From contig OX597817.1 in the NCBI GenBank assembly GCA_951406725.2, positions 114,390,001 through 114,454,000 of the forward strand: a DNA stretch of 64,000 nucleotides, in the 5' to 3' direction. Source of the DNA: Octopus vulgaris (taxonomy: Eukaryota). Numbering within the stretch: position 1 is the stretch's first letter; every line of letters starts with the position of its first letter. This document shows positions 12,093-25,160 of this stretch, piece after piece. A program made the translations under genes and the position numbers. A model generated the notes under the pieces. It ran no database searches and had not been told where the DNA came from. It was given only the letters and a program-made list of their open reading frames with translations.

Positions 12093-13146
12093 CAAACCCC
12101 ATGATGTTGCAAGGTGCAGCATGTTCGAAAAGCCTTTGATTTTTTCTATCCAAAGGGTTTTTCAACTCAATATTTATTTACATGCTATTATGGTTGATTT
12201 TCTGTGTGCTTCAAGACATTAAAAAAAAAAGAATTATATATATATATTTCTAGATATTTTATGTATCCCTATCCATCTTGTAATTCTTTTTATAACACAC
12301 TTTGTATCAAATGAATGAGCTCTTGTGGCAAATTGTCATTATCATTATTGTCATTATCATTATCATCATCATCATCATTATCATTATCACGATCTCCATC
12401 ATTATCATTGTCATCTTTATCATTATTTGCTGTTATAAATTTCTATATAAGGAGAAAGAAAATTGTGTGGATATAATTGATTTCTCAAACGTCATTGATT
12501 ACCAAACATGAAGTTTAATTATCAAAATGTACCATACTCTTGAATTTCTCTTCTTGAAATATTTTCAAGTACTTCACAAAAGTAATAGGCAAATATTTAA
12601 AAATATTTTCACTTGTTTCTTAAAATTTTGTTGTGTGTTTTTTTGTTATTTTGGTTCTTGTTTTAAAGTTTAGAATGTTAATATACAATTCTGCTCAGCT
12701 CCAACCGTTTTGTTTTTGTCAATAAATCAGAGATTTATTGACTGTTTTTCATGGTATTATTATTATTATTATTGTTATTGTTGTTGTTATTTTAATTTTT
12801 ATGTAGTCTGTGCAATTCTATGTAAAGGTCAAATGATTATCTCCAATAGCTTTATGATTTAAGAAATCTTATGTCAAAAGTATTTTTGCCATATTCAAGC
12901 GTCAGGAAATCTGTAAATATTGACTGGATTATGTCTAGATTATTGTGCAGGATAAATTTCTAACCACAAGTGTTACTATTATTCAGCTGTTATAGATCAG
13001 CTGTTACATGATTTCTCGAAGGAATTGGTGTTGTACATTTCTGAGTAAATGTACTTCTTTGCCTCTTATAATTTTTGTTTTTGCCTCTTATAATTCTTAT
13101 GGATCTGCATAACAAAACAATTTCAATATAGCTTTAAAAAATATAT

Positions 13147-13304
13147 GAGTGGCTGTGTAGTAAGTAGCTTGCTTTCCAACCACATGGTTCTGGGTTCAGT
13201 CCCACTGCATGGCACCTTGGGCAAGTGTCTTCTACTACAGCCTTGGGCCGACCAAAGCCTTGCGAATGGATTTGGTAGACAGAAACTGAAAGAAGCCCGT
13301 TGTA

Positions 13305-13355
<51 letters not shown>

Positions 13356-13570
13356 GTGTCTGTGTTTGTCCCGCCAACATTGCTTGACAACCGATGATGG
13401 TGTGTTTACATCCCTGTCACTTAGCGGTTCGGCAAGAGAGACCGATAGAATAAGTACTAGGCTTACAAAAAATAAGTCCTGGGGTCGATTTGCTCGACTA
13501 AAGGCTGTGCTCCAGCATGGCCACAGTCAAATGACTGAAACGAATAAAAGAATAAAAGAATAAAAGAATA
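13147..13570 (+). mobile_element. SINE family A
   Basis: Near full-length match, long internal (TA)n, (AAAAGAAT)n tail. Confidence 0.92.
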
Positions 13571-14620
13571 CTGGAATATATTATCAGAAAGTTTATGAAC
13601 TGCTGTGATTGCACTGCTCATTTGAAATGTACATGCAACAGATGAGCATTGGCAACTTCCCTAGTTAATTAGTCTATAAATAGGCTTCATGCTAGCTATG
13701 AGCTCAGTTCTGTACACAAAGTTTTATAACATTGTGTTAAAATAGATCTGTGATTTGTACAATGGATATATAAGATTTTGCACAGAATCCTGCAAGTCTT
13801 GTATCAAGACCCTTGAAATAGTTCTTAGAGTTTTGGAGAAATTTCCTTAGATTGAAGAGAGGTTTTTGAGTAATATTCACATTTCAAGATTAATAACTCT
13901 GAACCAAGACAGGTTCAGGGTGATTATGACTACCAAAATGTCAGAAGATATGGATAAAAATCTATAAAGTCATTCCTGAAGACTTTTGTCAAACAATCCA
14001 CCAGCTACTTCATATGATTAGAATTAATTGTGGTGATTGCCAGGATATTCATACAGAAAACCTGAACATGCATCACATTGCTGTGAAATTCGTTTCTGTG
14101 TGCTTAACTGACAAATCCCTCTGGGACTTTGCTGTGCTTTGCAAAGTGTACTTAAAACTGAAGGAACACTACTTTGGGATGAGGATGAAACTTAAAAGCA
14201 GTGACAGACAGTATTAGATGACCTTTAGAGTCAGAATTTCAATGATACTTTTGTAGCAATGAAAATACACTGGGATTGCTGTGTACTTCAAAGAGGATGG
14301 TGTCAAAATATAAAGAATGTGTATAAAGCATTATTTATTGGAATACTGGTGTACATTTTAAAAACCCTTTAGCATTGAGATTTCTTTGTCAAATGTATTG
14401 CTTATTTACTTACATTGTTTAAAATTAATCATGCATCATCTTGTGGTTTCAAGATTTTGATCATGTGTTTGTATATTTTTAGAATGATATTGTAGAGCAG
14501 GTATAAAATGTTGGATCTGGTCAGTTTTAGCATAGGACACTTAGAATATTTGGGCCAGTCATGCCCAGTTTGTATTCCAAAGGGTCAATTGTGGTCTGGA
14601 GATTTCCTGATACTACCTCA
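13570..14620 (+). mobile_element. Internally deleted, decayed mariner element
   Basis: Peptides CQDIHTENLNMHHIAVKFV (cf. mariner ILTEDLxMRRVAAKFVP) and DFAVLCKVYLKLKEHYF; weak TIR remnants near 13570-13600 and 14592-14620. Confidence 0.65.
14365..14584. mobile_element. piggyBac-type MITE (family P1), nested in the mariner relic
   Basis: ccctttagcatt...ttccaaaggg; internal match to 31256-31475. Confidence 0.75.
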
Positions 14621-14939
14621 AAATGTTGACTTTGAAAAATAGATCTTCATAATATAACTCTGAATGTTTGCCTTCGGATTACATATCTCAACTTGAATGG
14701 TTATCCTCATCAATATTGACATGCTATGTCTGTCTGTCTTCTCTCCAATCATCTTCAGGCAGGTGATATTCCCTGAGATAGACTAAATGCTGGAGGATGT
14801 TATTTTAAGAACAACTGATGTAATTTTTTTTTTGTGTCTTTTAGAATTCTTATAGATTAACCTATACAAACATCTTTAAAATAGCACCACCCCAAATAAA
14901 AATAATTGATATAATCACTGATAAATTATGAAACTGGAT

Positions 14940-15283
14940 ATCTTTTATCTTGCACTTGTTTCAGTCATTAGACTGTGGCCATGCTGGGGCACTGCCTTGA
15001 AGAACTTTAGTCAAATGAATCAACCAGAGTATTTTTTTTAAAGCCTGGTACTTATTTTATTGATCCCTTTTGTTAAACCACTAAGTTACAGGTATGTAAA
15101 CACACCAACACTGGTTGTCAAGCGGTGGTGGACACACACACACACAACAGGCTACTTTTCAGTTTCTTTCTACCAAATCCACTCACAAGGCTTTGGTCAG
15201 CATAGGGCTATAGTATAAGACACTTGGCCATGGTGCCATGCAGTGGGACTGAACCTGGAACCTTGTGGTTGGGAAGCAAGCTT
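14940..15283 (-). mobile_element. SINE family A
   Basis: Reverse match to the consensus. Confidence 0.88.
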
Positions 15284-16244
15284 GGGGTGCTTTTGCCTGC
15301 TCAAATCACCACATGTCTGACACTTGACTGTATTTGTATTTAGTAAGCACAATTTTCCCCTTAAGCCTTATTGCTGTTGTTCTAAAATGTGACGTTGGTT
15401 CCGGCTTTAGAACAGCAAGGCCAGTTGTTAAATAAAGTTTCCAGGTTCAATTCCTGTCACAGACATATATATATATATATAAACCAACATTGTAAATGAA
15501 CTGACGACAGAGCCTCCATGTTGTCATTTAACTTACCAGAAATATCCACCAGATCCTCCTGGTATCCAATTCTCTCTAAACATCTTAAAAAACAAAAAAA
15601 AAAAAAAAAACAGAACAAAACAAAAACACAAGGGCCACATTGCATAAAATGGTCCTAGATACAATGTTCCTGAGAATGAAAACAATGCAATTCTTCAGTT
15701 CTTTGGTTTTGCTTAGGCTATCATAGTTTCTTGAGAGTAAAAATATTAAAATAATGTCTTTTTGAGATTGTATGAATGATTATATCTTGTCTGAACCATG
15801 TCCTACCAAGTATGGTCAAATGTACCACCTTCTCATCTTCTTCACCCTCCTCTTCTTTCAATTTTTTTGCATCAAACCTTTCCTATACTTCATCTGTGTT
15901 CTTTATTTATTTGTCTCCAAACCTGGGACCAAATGTAATATATTACATATAGTAGAAGGGCATAGGAAGTGAAAAAGAAAAACTTGACAAATTCTTACTT
16001 TCTTTTCTTTCTTTCTTTTTCCCTTTCCTGCTCTGTTTTTAAAAAATCTTTTTTCTTTTTCTTTTTGCATCCACTCTAACCACCTCCCAATTTTTCATTC
16101 CTGATGTTTTCTGAAGTCTCAGAAATTTATCCTGTTTAGGAAGTGAAAAAAAAAAAAAAATGAAAGTCAAACATTGACGTTTGGTGTTTGTTATCTATAA
16201 TATTGAGAAAATAATCAATACTTGCAAGATATATTTGAATTGAT

Positions 16245-16297
<53 letters not shown>

Positions 16298-17599
16298 GTA
16301 TATACACACACACGTACTCACATATATAGATGTATACACATACATTCAGACATACATATATATATGCATAGACACACACATGTACGTACACACACACATA
16401 CAACATTTATATATATTTTTGCATTTAACAGCATTGAAGTAAAGATACCATTTTAGGTTTTTAAAACTTTTAATTTGTCTTTTTTTGTTTTTGTTACTTT
16501 TAGGTTGTGTAAGTAGGGGTGGGCCATCATGTGACAACTGTTTATCACTATTGTTTTATAGGACATTTCAATTTTTTTTTGTTTATAAAAAATGGAAACA
16601 CTTTTTTTGCTAAGATACCATGGAACTCAATTCAAACAGCATATGTTTTCAATTCATTTAATTTTTTTTTGTTTTTAAACTTATTCCCCCACCACCACCA
16701 CCACCACCTCTGTCTTCCCCAACCTCAACATTCAAATGCATTCAAAGACAAACTTGAATGTTTAGAATCGTAAATACGATAATTTTTTTTTTCAACTCCT
16801 AGGAGAGGTCATTTGTTTATTACAAAGTAAATTTTATTCTAAAGTGTATTATATCATTATCAACATTATCAGCGTTGTCATCATCATCATCATCATCATC
16901 ATCATCAGCCACCATCACCACTACATACACTTGCATATGGTGTATATATTACACTGGTCTTTTTAAAGTATTTCCTCATAGGTGTATACCTAAGCATATG
17001 TGCATATGCAAATTCATAGATTTGTGTTTTCATTTGTGTGGATAGTGTAGCTTTTGGTTAGGGGATGGGGTGAACTCTGTTGTTTATGTAAACAATAACC
17101 AATTTGATAACAGGGAAGTTCACTCACAGCAAAAGGTATGTGATTGTATTTGTGTGTACATTGTATGTGGGTGTATATAATTTGTGTGTGTGGTACAAAA
17201 ATTATATAAAAACATTTTAAAAATTATACATAACACAAGGACAAGGTGAAAAATACAGAGTATAATTAGGTTTATGCTCACAAAATAAAAAATAGAAGGA
17301 AAAGTTTATAGATTTTGAGCATATGCTCTTCTCTAGAAAGAATAGATGAAGGGAGAAAAAATGGAGAAAGAAAAGGGCACATGCACACACACACACACAC
17401 ACACATTTCATTTACACTAAGAAATGGGTAAGTTGGGCCATTGTAAATACCAAAACCTTTCTTGGTGAGGAATGCTATAGATTAGTGGCTAGTTACTTTA
17501 GTGTCAGGGCTTGGAAGACACTGAGATAGAAAGCAATACAGAGACAGAAAACCTAATCTGCAGTTGGTCATAGGTTTAAGGATTTGAGAAATTCTAATT

Positions 17600-19480
17600 G
17601 ATGCATATGAATTTAAGGTACAAAGAGTTTGATACTTATAACATGAATGGCAACTGGGAGATCCTATGAGATAGCTTGCTGATGGTTCCAGATCAGACAT
17701 GTGACTGATGCAAAGTCTTAATCAAACCAAAGATGACATGGCATCGGAAGGACATGGTAGAAAAAGAGCTGTAAAAGCTCAGAGACAGGCTTGGAATGAA
17801 AAAAGCTAGTAGCAGAGAACTTTATAAAGTAGCTGCAATGGCATTTTGGTGTTAGGTACATCTGGTTAAGGGAGAATCAGAAAGGAAGAGTTTTGAAAAT
17901 ATTCTTCCTCATGTGGCCTAGGGACAGGAGGTGTTCTGGATTGATTGTGCAACAGAATGTTAGAGAGAACTGAGACAACTGGGGTTATTCAACAAAAAAC
18001 TTCGTTTATTAATTGTCTATTTTTGTTCATCCAATCATGTGGTATGATTCTATCTGGTGACATTTTCCTACTCACACTTCATTTATCATTTTAGCTTATA
18101 CCTATTCATCCAATTGGGTGACACTTCGTTGACTCTATCAGGTAATATATTTTACACATTGGCTCATTTCATGAATTTATTCTTTTTCACCCTGGGACTC
18201 TTTTCTTGAGTATAGTCTTATTTATTTCCATCACGGACAATTGGAATTACAGTTTACCATTTTATATCTCATTTTGGGAATTATTGCAATATTTTTTGTT
18301 TGTTATTAACATCATTATCTGGGCACAATATCATTATTTGTTCCTACATTATATCTAGAACTGAGGCATCAGTGGGGAGAATTCTATCCAAATAATGAAG
18401 GCATACTTGCTATTATTGTCAATAACAAGAAAGAAAGAGATATCGAAGTGTCATTATGATAGGCTGTTTAACATGAAGATTTCATAGGATAAGGGAAGAG
18501 CTATATTATATTGACCAAACAAGGGAATCAGCAATTCTGATTGATGGTAATGTGGTGGATAAGGTGATTAAAGACATGAAGGTAGAGAAAGATGCTGAAC
18601 ACTTTATTGACTCTGCCAGGTGATATATTTTATACATTGACTCATTTTATGGATTTATTCTTTTCCACCTTGGGACTGTTGTCTTGCATACACTCTTATT
18701 CATTTCTGTCGTGGACAATTGGAATTACAGTTTACTATTTTACATCTCATTTTGGGAATTATTGCAGAGATGTTCAAAATATCTGCTTAAGAAAGAGCAC
18801 ATGATTATCACCCACATAGTAAATGAAGTATTACAGGAAGGTAGCATGCATGATAACTGGCATAGTAACATCGTTGCAAGCTGCTATATGAGCAAAGGAG
18901 AAGTCTTACAGAGAGAGAATTACTGAGATATTAAAATGTTGGTCTAGCCATGGCCCAAGGTCATGGAGAAAGTTAAGGCACAATTGATCAGAAAGGGAGC
19001 TATATCAGATGAAATGTAGTTTGGCTTTGTACCCAACAGAGGTACCGCAGATGCAATCTTCCTAGTGAGATAACTGCTGAAGACATACTTGGCTAAGAGC
19101 AAACTGCTATGCTTAGCATTTGTTGACCTGGAGAAGGTCTTTGACCTGTTGCCACACGTTGTAAGCTGGTGGTCACTATGGAAATTAGGCATAGATGAAC
19201 AGATTTTGAGGGTTATACAAGTTATTTTCATAGATACGGTAAATAAAATGAGACTCAACAATAATTTCAATGATAAATTTAGCATGAGGGTAGGCTCCAT
19301 CAATGCTCAGTTCTCAGTCCTCTCCTGTTTCACATAATCATACAGGCCATTGCAGGGGAGTTTAAGACTGGCTGTCAGTTGAAACTCCTATAAGCTGATT
19401 ATCTAGATATTACAGCTGAATCTTTAGTGGAAGGAATTTCAGGCATGGAAGCCAAATTTAAAATTGAGAAGCTGCAAGTC
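17600..19480 (+). pseudogene. Decayed RTE-clade LINE reverse transcriptase with internal insertions
   Basis: Motifs FGFVPNRGTADAIFLVR, LAFVDLEKVFD, HQCSVLSPLLF and a YAD-like remnant, with stops and frameshifts; 5' boundary approximate. Confidence 0.85.
18120..18767 (+). repeat. Local duplication, 18120-18288 and 18599-18767
   Basis: Co-linear ~168-bp match with many substitutions. Confidence 0.9.
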
Positions 19481-20399
19481 ATGATCCTGGCATCACCAGA
19501 AATGACATGCAGATAATGGATGGCTGCCTTTCCTGTTGCCAATTTTTTCAATTACCTCTTATAACTTGTGGAGATGTGGTGGTGTACATATTCTAAAACT
19601 GTAATACATATAAAATATATTTCTGTGTGTGTGTGTGTGTGAGCATGTGCATGCACACACAGAGAACAGACTACTGTACAATTTATCTTATTTTATGAAA
19701 TTCTACTTAAAAGGTATTGGTCAACCTGAAACTTTAGCAGAAGTGACATACTAAAGATGCTGCATAGCAGGATTGAACTTGCAACCATGTGGTTGCAAAG
19801 AGATTGTCTTAACCACACAGCCACAACAAAAACCTGTGTTATTCAGTTGAAAAATAATAGAATGGCTTTGTGATAGGAAGGGGACATCTGGCAAACTAGA
19901 AAAATCACCGACTTCTGGAACCAATGAAAATGTCCAAATGGAAATATATTGTATAATGTCAAAGTTTAAAAAATATATATCATTCAAATGTCATAAAGAT
20001 CAATAAATTTCTACCAAAAAGATTCATTGGTGATTCATATATCAGATTTAAAATTATTTCTGTCATCAGTTGTGAAAAGTGCTAAAAAAATGCTTGAGAG
20101 ATTCAATTGGGTTTAGGAGCTTATTAATCATAGCTGTTAATGTGTATTTAAACCTTTATCCTTCAAGTCAGCCAAATCTGAACATCATAAAGACAGTGCT
20201 GTTTGTTCAAAGTGGCTAACAACCTTGTTGACATATATCTTATTTTTGCTTTTTAATGGTGCCAGAAAAAGCCACTTTTAACTTATAAAAGAAAGTTGTA
20301 AGCTTTTGTTTCATAATTTCTATATAAATACATCAACATATCTGATGTTGTGAAGGTTAAAGTATGAAGAATCATGTCTACTTAAAGTCCAAAACATGT

Positions 20400-20458
<59 letters not shown>

Positions 20459-20663
20459 CGCATGTGTGTGTACACACATATATGTATATATACATGCATG
20501 TGTACACAGACACACACACACACACACACACCTAAATGTGTGTGTGTATGTATGTGCGATAATTTCATTAGTGACTTTGGCGTTTCACCATGTGTAGCTT
20601 ATTCAAACAGTTTGAATAAAGCTGTAGATGGAGACATTTTGAACATCCTATCAATAAGAATTG

Positions 20664-20709
<46 letters not shown>

Positions 20710-20818
20710 ATATACAGATATATATATATACATGTGTGTGTATATACACATACATACATGTATGTGTGTATATATATATATATATATACACACATACATG
20801 TATATATATATATATACA

Positions 20819-20849
<31 letters not shown>

Positions 20850-20873
20850 GTATATATATATGTACACACATAT

Positions 20874-20942
<69 letters not shown>

Positions 20943-21029
20943 CACACATACTCATACACACACACCTACACATTCATGACTACTTTCACAGACATACCAT
21001 TTTACACTTTAAAATAGTCCTAAATTTTC

Positions 21030-21330
21030 AAATTTCCATGCTTGTAAGAGCGAGACAGAATTTGTTGAGGTAGATTATACATAACACAAAGACAAGGTGA
21101 AAAATACAGAGTTTAATTAGGTTTATGCTCAAAAAAAAAACATAGAAGGAAAAGTTTTTAGAATTTGATGCCCTTCGTGTCACCAATGCTCACATTTCCA
21201 AACAAGATATCTATTCCCATGATCTGATATGTTTCCATCACAGACTGGAAATGAACAACACCAGTTGTATGATGGTGAAAATCATTTACAACTATTGTGC
21301 AATATGAAGAGAAAACACAAACAGGCACTC
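21030..21330 (-). mobile_element. SINE-like element carrying an inserted copy of 17223-17318 at 21074-21168
   Basis: ttccatgcttg...gaatttgttgaggtagatt [insert] gatgcccttcgtgtcaccaa; related to 45395-45630. Confidence 0.65.
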
Positions 21331-21429
21331 GCATACACACACACACATATACCCAAATATACACATAATATATACCTACACAAACATACACACATATATA
21401 TATATATGTGTGTGTGTTTATATATCTTT

Positions 21430-21716
21430 TTTATCTTTTATCTTTTACTAGTTTCAGTCATTAGACTGTGGCCATGTTTAGGTATCTCCTTGAAGGTTTT
21501 AGTCGAACAAATAGCCTTTGTATTTTTTTTAAAGTTTGGTACTTATCGTATTGGTCTCCTTTTGCTGAAACCAATACTGGTCTTCAAGTGGTGGTGGGAT
21601 ATAAACTCACACACACACACACATAAATGTATATACATGTATACAACTGGATTTTTTCAGTTTCTGCCTATCAAACCCACTTACAAAGCTTTGATCAGCC
21701 TGGGGCTATAGTAGAC
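21430..21716 (-). mobile_element. SINE family A, truncated
   Basis: Reverse match ending at gggctatagtaga. Confidence 0.8.
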
Positions 21717-21895
21717 GATACTATCTACCTAACCTTCTTTCATATTATGGACTCTTCTAAAACTTTATATGATATATAGCGATGTAATGCACTTTAACAT
21801 CATCTGCTTGAAGAGAATGGCCCGATTAAACATCTGGTCTTTAAAAATCATCTAACCTACCATTTCTTTTAAAGTTTTAACCTCAGGAATCTATT

Positions 21896-21983
21896 AACTC
21901 TGATGAGAGAAATATAGAGAATTGCTATGGTTAGAGTTAGCTTGCCCGTAGCAACCTATATCTTTTTGAAACAGCTGTAAGAT
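21896..21983 (+). ncRNA. Type I hammerhead ribozyme motif with extended stem II
   Basis: CTGATGA (21900-21906); stem II gagaaatatag..ttgctatgg / ccgtagcaa..ctatatctttt; GAAAC-agct-GTA; stem I partly decayed. Confidence 0.7.
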
Positions 21984-22455
21984 CTTATACATGTTTTGGA
22001 TTCCTTATGAATCATTTTACAATCGCTTTTTTATCTTCCTCTTCATTGATTCAAATTTGAACATTTGGACTTCGGGGGTATACTTATGGACTTATATTTT
22101 TATATATTTATATTTATGAATTTTTATGTGTTTATAAATTTTTATATGTCTATGAATTTTTATATATTTATAAATTTTCATGTATATGTATGTATTTATA
22201 AATTCTTAGAAATTTTATATATCATATACATGAATGCATCTATGTATGTATATTGTATACCATGGAGAATTTCATTAATATGGATTGAATGAATATATAC
22301 ATCAACCTTTCAATTTGTCTTCTCTCCTTCTTTTATATTCCTGAATCTCTGTCAGAGTGCTAATTGGCTGAGCTGTATAAAATGGATATCTATATCACTT
22401 TTTTCTTCATTGTTCTACATTTGTTTGAGGTGAGCACTTCCTACAGCATCAACTT

Positions 22456-23778
22456 ATGGAGAAACAATTCCTCAGCTTCTCCATAAAAAAATATCCTGAT
22501 TCCATCAAGGGATATATACACTGCTTTGCTACTGCAGAAAATCAACGAATTCAGAAAAAGATTAAGATGGAAAGCATTCTATTATGATTCAGACAGAAAA
22601 CACTGGAATGATATACAGGATAATTATAATGTGAAAACCTGCAGAAACCCCCACTTTCAATTGCACTGAAACTGGAAAAAGACCTCATTAACATGGTGAA
22701 AAAACTGAAATTCTCAAGAACTATAAACCACATCCAGAAGAATTTAACTGTTATTATCTCTCAAAAAAAAAATTCTGATTACATACATGTTCTCTCTGAT
22801 AAAACAGGAAGCCTATATTCACTACCTACTGATGCCTATAATAACTCTCTCTTGAAGGAATTGAGCTCTAAATATAAAATAGTGGCTAATAATGGACTGA
22901 ATGAAATTAATAAGAAACATATCGACTTAATTAAAGAGCTAAAGCTACTAGATACTATTGAACCCTATGCCCCTAAAATCCCTCACTTCACCTTTACGGA
23001 CCACAAAGCCAACTGTTAGGCTAATCTGCCCAACCATATCAGATTTGGACAGAATTAGTAAGTCTATCATTGATAGAATTATCCTTCATATTAAAAGAAA
23101 CATGAACCTCCCACTTTGGTCATCCACGGGAGATGACATAACTTGGTTCTGCTCTTTAAATAATAACAAAAAGAAAACCCGCTTTATTTAATTTTTGACA
23201 TTAGTAACTACTACCAGTCCATTAAATCTGATTTACTAGACAAAACAATTAAATTTGCTGAGAAGTTTACTAGCATTATGCCTTTCGAAAAAAAATATCA
23301 TCTTTACCACAGGGAAAACACTGATATCCTTCAAAAATAGGACATGGAGCCAATTTGACATTCATGATGATTTTGATGTTAAAATGGGAAGTTCAGATTC
23401 CATCCAGGTTACAGACATTGTTGGACTATTTCTAATCTCAAAAATTAAGTAAGAATCCCCTAATATTAGTGGAGGGCTATATAGAGATGATGCCTTATTT
23501 GCAATATCTGAATCCTCCACACAAGCAACTGATAGGATTAGGAAAAAAATTAATAAAATTTTTAAAATTATACAAATTATATATCATATTTGAAAAGGTC
23601 TCTAAATGTGTTAACATATTGGATGTAACATTAAATTTGGATAATGGCTTATCCTACCCCTATCATAAGCCTAACAAAACTATTAAGTATATCCACGCCT
23701 TATCAAATCATCCCCAAATTGTTATTAAGGGGATAATCAAAGGTGTGTCGATAAGAATATCTAATTTATCCTCAAATA
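22456..23778 (+). pseudogene. Penelope-like (Naiad) reverse transcriptase, frameshifted, GIY-YIG region missing
   Basis: MEKQFLSFSIK..., KRLRWKAFYY, SDKTGSLY, FDISNYYQSI, FDVKMGSSDS, GLYRDDAL, LDVTLNL, YIHALSNHP, RISNLSSN. Confidence 0.88.
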
Positions 23779-24112
23779 CTTTGAACATTTGGACTTTAGA
23801 GGTACATTTATGGACTTATATTTTTATATATTTATATTTATGAATTTTTATGTATTTATAAATTTTTATATGTCTATGAATTTTTATATATTTATAAATT
23901 TTTGTCCACCAAAAGAATACAAATCCAGATGTTCAGATAAGAAATCTTGTGTTTTTCAACTTCATACATCTAACACCTATCTATCTGCACAGATCATAAT
24001 CTCCTTAGTTCTTTTCATTATTCTATCTATTTCATTACCTATGTAACCATAGTTTCATCTTCCAAGCTGTTATGTTTTAAAAACAAACTTAAGTTCTTTC
24101 ACGCGCATTTAC

Positions 24113-24217
24113 TATTGTCACTTATTCATTCATTTATTTAATTTTATCACATTGTCACTTATCCATTTCTCTAATTTTGTCACATCATTACTTATTCATT
24201 TCTCTGATTTTGTCACA
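24113..24217 (+). repeat. ~33-bp tandem repeat, 3 copies
   Basis: Units like cacattgtcacttattcatttctctaattttgt. Confidence 0.75.
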
Positions 24218-24414
24218 GATTGACTGACCGAAAATTCTAAGATTTTTCAATTCTATCTCACTGTTATCATGTTATTCACTGACACTGACAGCATTTGCTG
24301 TTTTGCGGTATGCCAACCCCCACCACCTGTACTAGAAGTCCCTATCCTCTGACATTTCCCATGAACACTTCTAAAGGCTTAGTGCTATCCCCACCCCTAC
24401 TTAAGGTTTATCTC

Positions 24415-25160
24415 CTATGTAAGGTAGTGATCACGTAGCGCATAAAAATGATGGTAGAGTGTATGCAGACTGAAGGCTATTGTTTGTTTATGAATTCTGC
24501 ATGGGCTGTCACCACCAAGGACATGCGTAGGCTTGAAAGAAATGAAGCTAGTATGCTTTGTTGGATGTGCAATGTCAGTGTGCATGTACAACAGAGTGTA
24601 AGCATCTTGAGAGAAAAGTTGGGCATAAGAGGCATCCAGTGTAGTGTGCAACTGTGTTGGTATAGTCATGTGATGTGTATGGACAAAGACAACTGTGTTG
24701 TGCCAATCTCTAACTATGGAGGGAACCTGTAGAAGGGGGTAGACTCGGGAAGACATAGAAGGAAGTGGTGAAGCATGATCATCGAACATTGGGCCTCATG
24801 GAGGTAATAAAATGTGACCAAGACCTTTGGCGATAATGGCATGCTTGAGAAGACCCATCAAGCCAAGTGAAATTGTAGTCATGGTTGACACCAGTGTCAT
24901 GTAACTGGCATCCATTCCAGTGACACATAGATAGCACACACTACAGTCTTGGAGTGGTTAGCATTAGGAAGGGCATTCAACCATAGAAACCATGCCAAAT
25001 CAGATTGGAATCTGGTGTAGCCCTCCAGCTTATCAATTTCAGTTAACCATCTAAGCTATGCCAGCATGGAAAGTAGATGCTAAATGATGATGGTGATGAT
25101 GACGACGACAGCAATGGCGGCAGCGGCGGTGGTGGCGGTGGCGATGACGACGATGATGAT
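24415..25160 (+). mobile_element. RTE LINE 3' end (ORF C-terminus plus family D 3' UTR, (GAT)n tail)
   Basis: WAVTTKDMRRLERNEASMLCWMCNV...LREKLGIRGI...LCWYSHVMCM, then the 3' UTR and tail. Confidence 0.85.

Larger units (their letters stand above)
21720..24410 (+). mobile_element. Penelope-like retroelement (Naiad-type), decayed
   Basis: 5' hammerhead motif followed by a Naiad-like RT ORF; boundaries inferred from the neighbouring elements. Confidence 0.75.

Noticed and set aside
12996-13044. Possible micro-exon DQLLHDFSKELVLYISE, in phase with the 36879 exon
   Set aside because: Weak polypyrimidine tract and donor; such short frames arise by chance
20396-21073. 225-aa ORF and the many similar [12 protein letters not shown] ORFs
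   Set aside because: Translations of dinucleotide microsatellites, which lack stop codons; no coding signal
22055-23903. LTR retrotransposon suggested by direct repeats flanking an RT
   Set aside because: No TG...CA ends, PBS or PPT; the RT is Penelope-type and the second repeat interrupts the ORF
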